This document shows positions 16,996 through 20,934 of a stretch of DNA of 20,934 nucleotides, piece after piece. The DNA is taken from assembly GCA_965662175.1 (NCBI GenBank), contig CBFIGT010000031.1:1-20934 (forward strand), written 5' to 3'. A program made the position numbers and the translations under genes. This stretch comes from Arcobacter sp. GTDB taxonomy: Bacteria > Campylobacterota > Campylobacteria > Campylobacterales > Arcobacteraceae. Position 1 is the first letter of the stretch. The number at the start of each line of letters is the position of its first letter. A model generated the notes under the pieces. The model did no database searches. It was not told the DNA's origin and worked only from the letters and a program-made list of their open reading frames with translations.

Positions 16996-17053
16996 TTTTT
17001 TCCTTTTTTGTAAATTCTTACTAAAAAACCATTTTTTGATTTTCTAGAAAAAA

Positions 17054-17098
17054 TTTAGTTTTATTCCCAAGCTTTAAGCTTGGGAATAAGGAACTAAA
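17054..17098. repeat. Strong palindrome between acnD and prpF (REP-like or mRNA hairpin)
   Basis: TTATTCCCAAGCTT-T-AAGCTTGGGAATAA has perfect 14-bp arms (17061-17089), extended by TTTAGTT/AACTAAA. Confidence 0.75.
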
Positions 17099-17110
17099 AA
17101 TTAAAAGAGA

Positions 17111-19708
17111 TTATTTACCCTCAGCAATAACATCTTTAGCGAATTTTTGTAAAATTCCACCGTTTTTATAAACATCAACTTCAGCTGAAGTATCTAATCT
17201 ACATAAAACATCGAACTTAACAACTTCACCATTTGCTCTAGTCATAACAACAGTTAAGTCACATCTAGGAGTAATATCACCTTCGATATCGAAAGTTTCA
17301 CTTCCATCAATAGCATAAGTATGTCTAGTTTCACCCTCTTTAAATTGTAATGGTAATACACCCATTCCAACAAGATTTGTTCTGTGAATTCTTTCAATAG
17401 ATTCAGCAATTAAAACTTCAACACCTGCAAGTCTAACACCTTTAGCAGCCCAGTCTCTAGAAGACCCTTGACCATAGTTAGTACCAGCTACAATGATAAG
17501 TGGTTGTTTTCTTTGAGTATAAGTCTCAATAGCTTCCCACATTCTAGACTCAGTACCCTCAGGCATGATTTTAGTTAAACTTCCTTGTTTAACTGTTCCA
17601 TCTTCATTTTTAACCATTTCATTATATAGTTTTGGATTAGCTAAAGTTGCTCTGCTAGCTGTATGATGATCCCCTCTATGTGTTGCATAAGAGTTTAAAT
17701 CTTCAACAGGTAATCCCATTTTTAAACAATATTCACCAGATGCACTTGTTGGTAAAATCGCATTAGAAGGCGATAAGTGGTCTGTTGTAATATTATCAGG
17801 GAATACACCTAATGGTCTCATACCTTTAAGTGCTGGCATTTGCATATATTCATCTTCCCAATAAGGAGGTTTATTGATATATGTTGAATTTGTATTCCAT
17901 TTATAGAATGGGTCAATTTTAACATTATCTAATAATTCTCTTTTGAACATTGGCTCATAAATGTCATTGTACATTTCAGGTCTTACACATGATTTTTCAA
18001 CAGCATTGATTTCAGCATCTGATGGCCATAAATCTTTTAATCTAATATCATTTCCATCTTTATCTTTACCAAGTACATCATTTTCAATATCAAATCTAAT
18101 AGTACCTGCTAATGCATAAGCAATAACAAGTGCGGGTGAAGCCAAAAATGCTTCTTTTACATATGGGTGGATTCTTCCATCAAAGTTTCTGTTTCCAGAT
18201 AATACAGCTGTTGTATAAATATCTCTATCTACAACTTCTTTTTGGATAACTGGGTCTAAAGCACCTGACATACCATTACAAGTAGTACATGCAAATCCAA
18301 CAACACCAAATCCTAGTTTTTCCATTTCAGGTAATAATCCAGCCTCTTTTAAATAAACTTCAATTACTTTAGAACCAGGTGCTAAAGAAGATTTAACCCA
18401 TGGTTTTCTTTTTAATCCAAGCTCATTTGCTTTTTTAGCTAAAAGTCCTGCTGCAATTACGTTTCTTGGGTTTGAAGTATTTGTACAAGATGTAATAGCT
18501 GCAATTAAGATACCACCATCTGGAATTAAATCACCCTCTTGTGTCCAATCTTTTACAATACCTTCAGCTTTTAAAGTTGAAGTTGGTACTAATTTATGAG
18601 GTTTAGAAGGACCTGCTAATGATCTTGTAACTTTTGATAAATCAAACTCAATTGTTCTAGCATAAGTAGCTTTTTCAAATTGATCAGCCCATAAACCATT
18701 TGCTTTTGCATAAGCTTCAACTAATTTAACTTGAGCAGCATCTCTACCTGTTACAGTTAAGTAATCAATAGTTTGAGAATCAATAGCGAACATACCAGCA
18801 CTTGCACCATATTCAGGAGTCATATTAGCAATAGTAGCTCTATCACCTAAGTTAAGGTATTTAATCCCTTCTCCAAAGAACTCTAAGTATGCAGAGATAA
18901 CATTGTTTTCTCTTAAGAATGAAGTCATAGCTAATGCAATATCAGTTGCTGTAATTCCCTCAGATCTAACACCTGTGATTTCAACACCAATAATTTCAGG
19001 AACCCTCATATAAGATGGGTTTCCAAGCATTACATTTTCAGCTTCTAATCCACCAACACCAACAGCGATTACACCAAGTGCATCTACGTGAGGAGTATGT
19101 GAGTCAGTACCAACTAATGTATCAGGAGATGCAACACCATCATTTAAGTGTACAACTGGAGACATTTTTTCTAAGTTGATTTGGTGCATAATACCATTTC
19201 CTGGAGGGATAACATCAACGTTGTTAAATGCTTCTTTAGGCCAGTTAATAAAGTGGAATCTATCTGCATTTCTTCTATCTTCAATATCTCTATTTTTTTG
19301 GAATGCATCTGGATCATATCCACCACACTCAACAGCTAATGAGTGGTCAACGATTAACTGAGTAGGAACAACTGGGTTAACTTTATCAGGGTTTCCACCT
19401 TTTGAAGCAACTGCTTCTCTTAATCCTGCAAGGTCAACAAATGCTGTAAGACCAAGGATATCGTGACAGATAACTCTTGAAGGGAACCAAGGGAAATCTT
19501 TGTCTGTTCTTTTTTCAATTAATTGAACAAGTGAATCTTTTAAATCTGCACTAGGACATTTTCTAATTAAGTTTTCTGCTAATACTCTTGAAGTATAGTT
19601 AAGTTTTTCAAATGAACCAGGAGTGATTTCTTCAACTGCTGCTTTTACATCATAAAATTTAACACCATCTATACCATCAAGGTCTTTAAGATATTTTTCG
19701 TTTGTCAT
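17111..19708 (-). CDS. acnD: Fe/S-dependent 2-methylisocitrate dehydratase AcnD
   Basis: AcnA fold with AcnD-typical CHDILG, PTQLIVDHSLAVE, GTDSHTPH, AAITSCTNTSNP, ACTTCNGMSG, YGQGSSRDWAAKG; lies between prpC and prpF. Confidence 0.95.
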   Translation of the reverse strand: MTNEKYLKDLDGIDGVKFYDVKAAVEEITPGSFEKLNYTSRVLAENLIRKCPSADLKDSLVQLIEKRTDKDFPWFPSRVICHDILGLTAFVDLAGLREAVASKGGNPDKVNPVVPTQLIVDHSLAVECGGYDPDAFQKNRDIEDRRNADRFHFINWPKEAFNNVDVIPPGNGIMHQINLEKMSPVVHLNDGVASPDTLVGTDSHTPHVDALGVIAVGVGGLEAENVMLGNPSYMRVPEIIGVEITGVRSEGITATDIALAMTSFLRENNVISAYLEFFGEGIKYLNLGDRATIANMTPEYGASAGMFAIDSQTIDYLTVTGRDAAQVKLVEAYAKANGLWADQFEKATYARTIEFDLSKVTRSLAGPSKPHKLVPTSTLKAEGIVKDWTQEGDLIPDGGILIAAITSCTNTSNPRNVIAAGLLAKKANELGLKRKPWVKSSLAPGSKVIEVYLKEAGLLPEMEKLGFGVVGFACTTCNGMSGALDPVIQKEVVDRDIYTTAVLSGNRNFDGRIHPYVKEAFLASPALVIAYALAGTIRFDIENDVLGKDKDGNDIRLKDLWPSDAEINAVEKSCVRPEMYNDIYEPMFKRELLDNVKIDPFYKWNTNSTYINKPPYWEDEYMQMPALKGMRPLGVFPDNITTDHLSPSNAILPTSASGEYCLKMGLPVEDLNSYATHRGDHHTASRATLANPKLYNEMVKNEDGTVKQGSLTKIMPEGTESRMWEAIETYTQRKQPLIIVAGTNYGQGSSRDWAAKGVRLAGVEVLIAESIERIHRTNLVGMGVLPLQFKEGETRHTYAIDGSETFDIEGDITPRCDLTVVMTRANGEVVKFDVLCRLDTSAEVDVYKNGGILQKFAKDVIAEGK

Positions 19709-19751
19709 ATTTATACCTATTTTAATTTTTTTAGTTTAATTTATTTTGTCT

Positions 19752-19790
19752 ATAAAAAATAAAAGCCATCAAAAAACTTGATGGCTTTTA
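19752..19790 (-). terminator. Intrinsic terminator-like hairpin after prpC
   Basis: TAAAAGCCATCAA-(5 nt)-TTGATGGCTTTTA, a perfect 13-bp stem followed by T6 on the minus strand. Confidence 0.75.
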
Positions 19791-19810
19791 AAGTCTTAAA
19801 TAATCTATGA

Positions 19811-20934
19811 TTATTCTCTTTCTTCTATAGGAACATATTTTAAATCTTCTGGTCCTGTATAAGTCGCAGATGGTCTAATAATTTTTCCGTCTTCTCTTTG
19901 CTCAATAGCATGTGCTCCCCATCCAGTAACTCTAGAGATAATGAATATTGGAGTAAACATATCTGTTGGAATTCCCATTTGGTTGTATGAAACTGCAGAG
20001 AACCAGTCAAGGTTAGGGAACATTTTTTTGTTGTCCCACATGATTGTTTCAATTCTTTCAGCAACGTCATACATTAAAGTATTATTGTTTTCTTTAGATA
20101 AGTCTTCAGCAACTTTTTTAATTACTACGTTTCTTGGATCACATGAAGTATAAACAGGGTGACCAAATCCGATAATAATCTCTTTTCTAGCCATTCTTTC
20201 TAAGATGTCTTTTTCTGCTTCATCAGCTGAAGAGTATCTTTCTTGAATATAGAATGCAACTTCATTAGCTCCACCATGTTTAGGACCTCTTAATGCTCCA
20301 ATTGCTCCAGTGATACAAGAGAACATATCTGAATTAGTTCCAGAGATAACTCTTGAAGTAAATGTTGATGCATTAAATTCGTGCTCAGCATATAAAATTA
20401 AAGATGTGTGCATAGCTCTAACCCAAGATTCTCTTGGTTTTTCACCATGTAATAAATGTAAGAAGTGACCACCTACTGTTTCATCATCAGTTACAACATC
20501 AATTCTTTTTCCATTATATGCATAGTGGTACCAGTAACATAACATAGAACCAAAACAAGCCATTAATTTATCTACGATATTTTGAGCTTCTTCTTTTGGA
20601 TGAGCTTCATCTTCAGACATAATTGCTCCAAGAACTGAACAACCAGTTCTCATAACATCCATAGGATGAGCAGTTTTTGGTAGTTGTTCTAAAGCAACTT
20701 TAACACCTTCTGGTAAATCTCTCATCCCTTTTAGTTTTTCTTTATACGCTTTTAACTCTTTTTTATTAGGTAGCTTTTCATGTACTATTAAATATGCAAT
20801 TTCTTCGAACTCTGAATTATCAGCAAACTCTAAAATATCGTACCCTCTATAGTGTAGATCATTTCCTGTTTTACCAACGGTACAGATTGCAGTATTACCT
20901 GCTGCATGTCCTGATAATGCAGCAGATTTTTTTG
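19811..20934 (-). CDS. prpC: 2-methylcitrate synthase; 5' end outside the window (the track start at 20725 is internal)
   Basis: The frame stays open to the edge: [33 protein letters not shown]. Also [35 protein letters not shown]. Confidence 0.96.
   Translation of the reverse strand, partial: KKSAALSGHAAGNTAICTVGKTGNDLHYRGYDILEFADNSEFEEIAYLIVHEKLPNKKELKAYKEKLKGMRDLPEGVKVALEQLPKTAHPMDVMRTGCSVLGAIMSEDEAHPKEEAQNIVDKLMACFGSMLCYWYHYAYNGKRIDVVTDDETVGGHFLHLLHGEKPRESWVRAMHTSLILYAEHEFNASTFTSRVISGTNSDMFSCITGAIGALRGPKHGGANEVAFYIQERYSSADEAEKDILERMARKEIIIGFGHPVYTSCDPRNVVIKKVAEDLSKENNNTLMYDVAERIETIMWDNKKMFPNLDWFSAVSYNQMGIPTDMFTPIFIISRVTGWGAHAIEQREDGKIIRPSATYTGPEDLKYVPIEERE

Noticed and set aside
16319..20153. 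Short ORFs at 16319, 19176, 19840 and 19941
   Set aside because: Antisense or alternate-frame overlaps of prpF, acnD and prpC.

Overview
AT-rich core-chromosome segment from a Campylobacterota bacterium, most likely Arcobacteraceae (inferred from protein style and gene order, not a database search). The left minus-strand block is metK-like, ferredoxin, ndk, yceD, rpmF, plsX and fabH; rpmF is missing from the ORF track. It is divergent from ahpC, which is followed by rho, murI, dnaX, a DsbA-like gene, hemC, an isochorismatase-family gene and a thioredoxin-fold gene. The right minus-strand block is a methylcitrate cluster (prpC, cut by the window edge; acnD; prpF), then a tightly coupled SCO/SenC, chemoreceptor and ung unit. 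No rRNA, tRNA, CRISPR array or transposase was seen. The best candidate for a new system is a SCO copper chaperone abutting a chemoreceptor whose only sensor is a six-helix membrane domain with His/Cys/Glu residues, possibly a copper-loaded chemoreceptor. Other leads are a MetK with altered signature motifs, poly-A slippery sites in dnaX, a recombinase-site-like palindrome at the left edge and a REP-like palindrome in the prp cluster.
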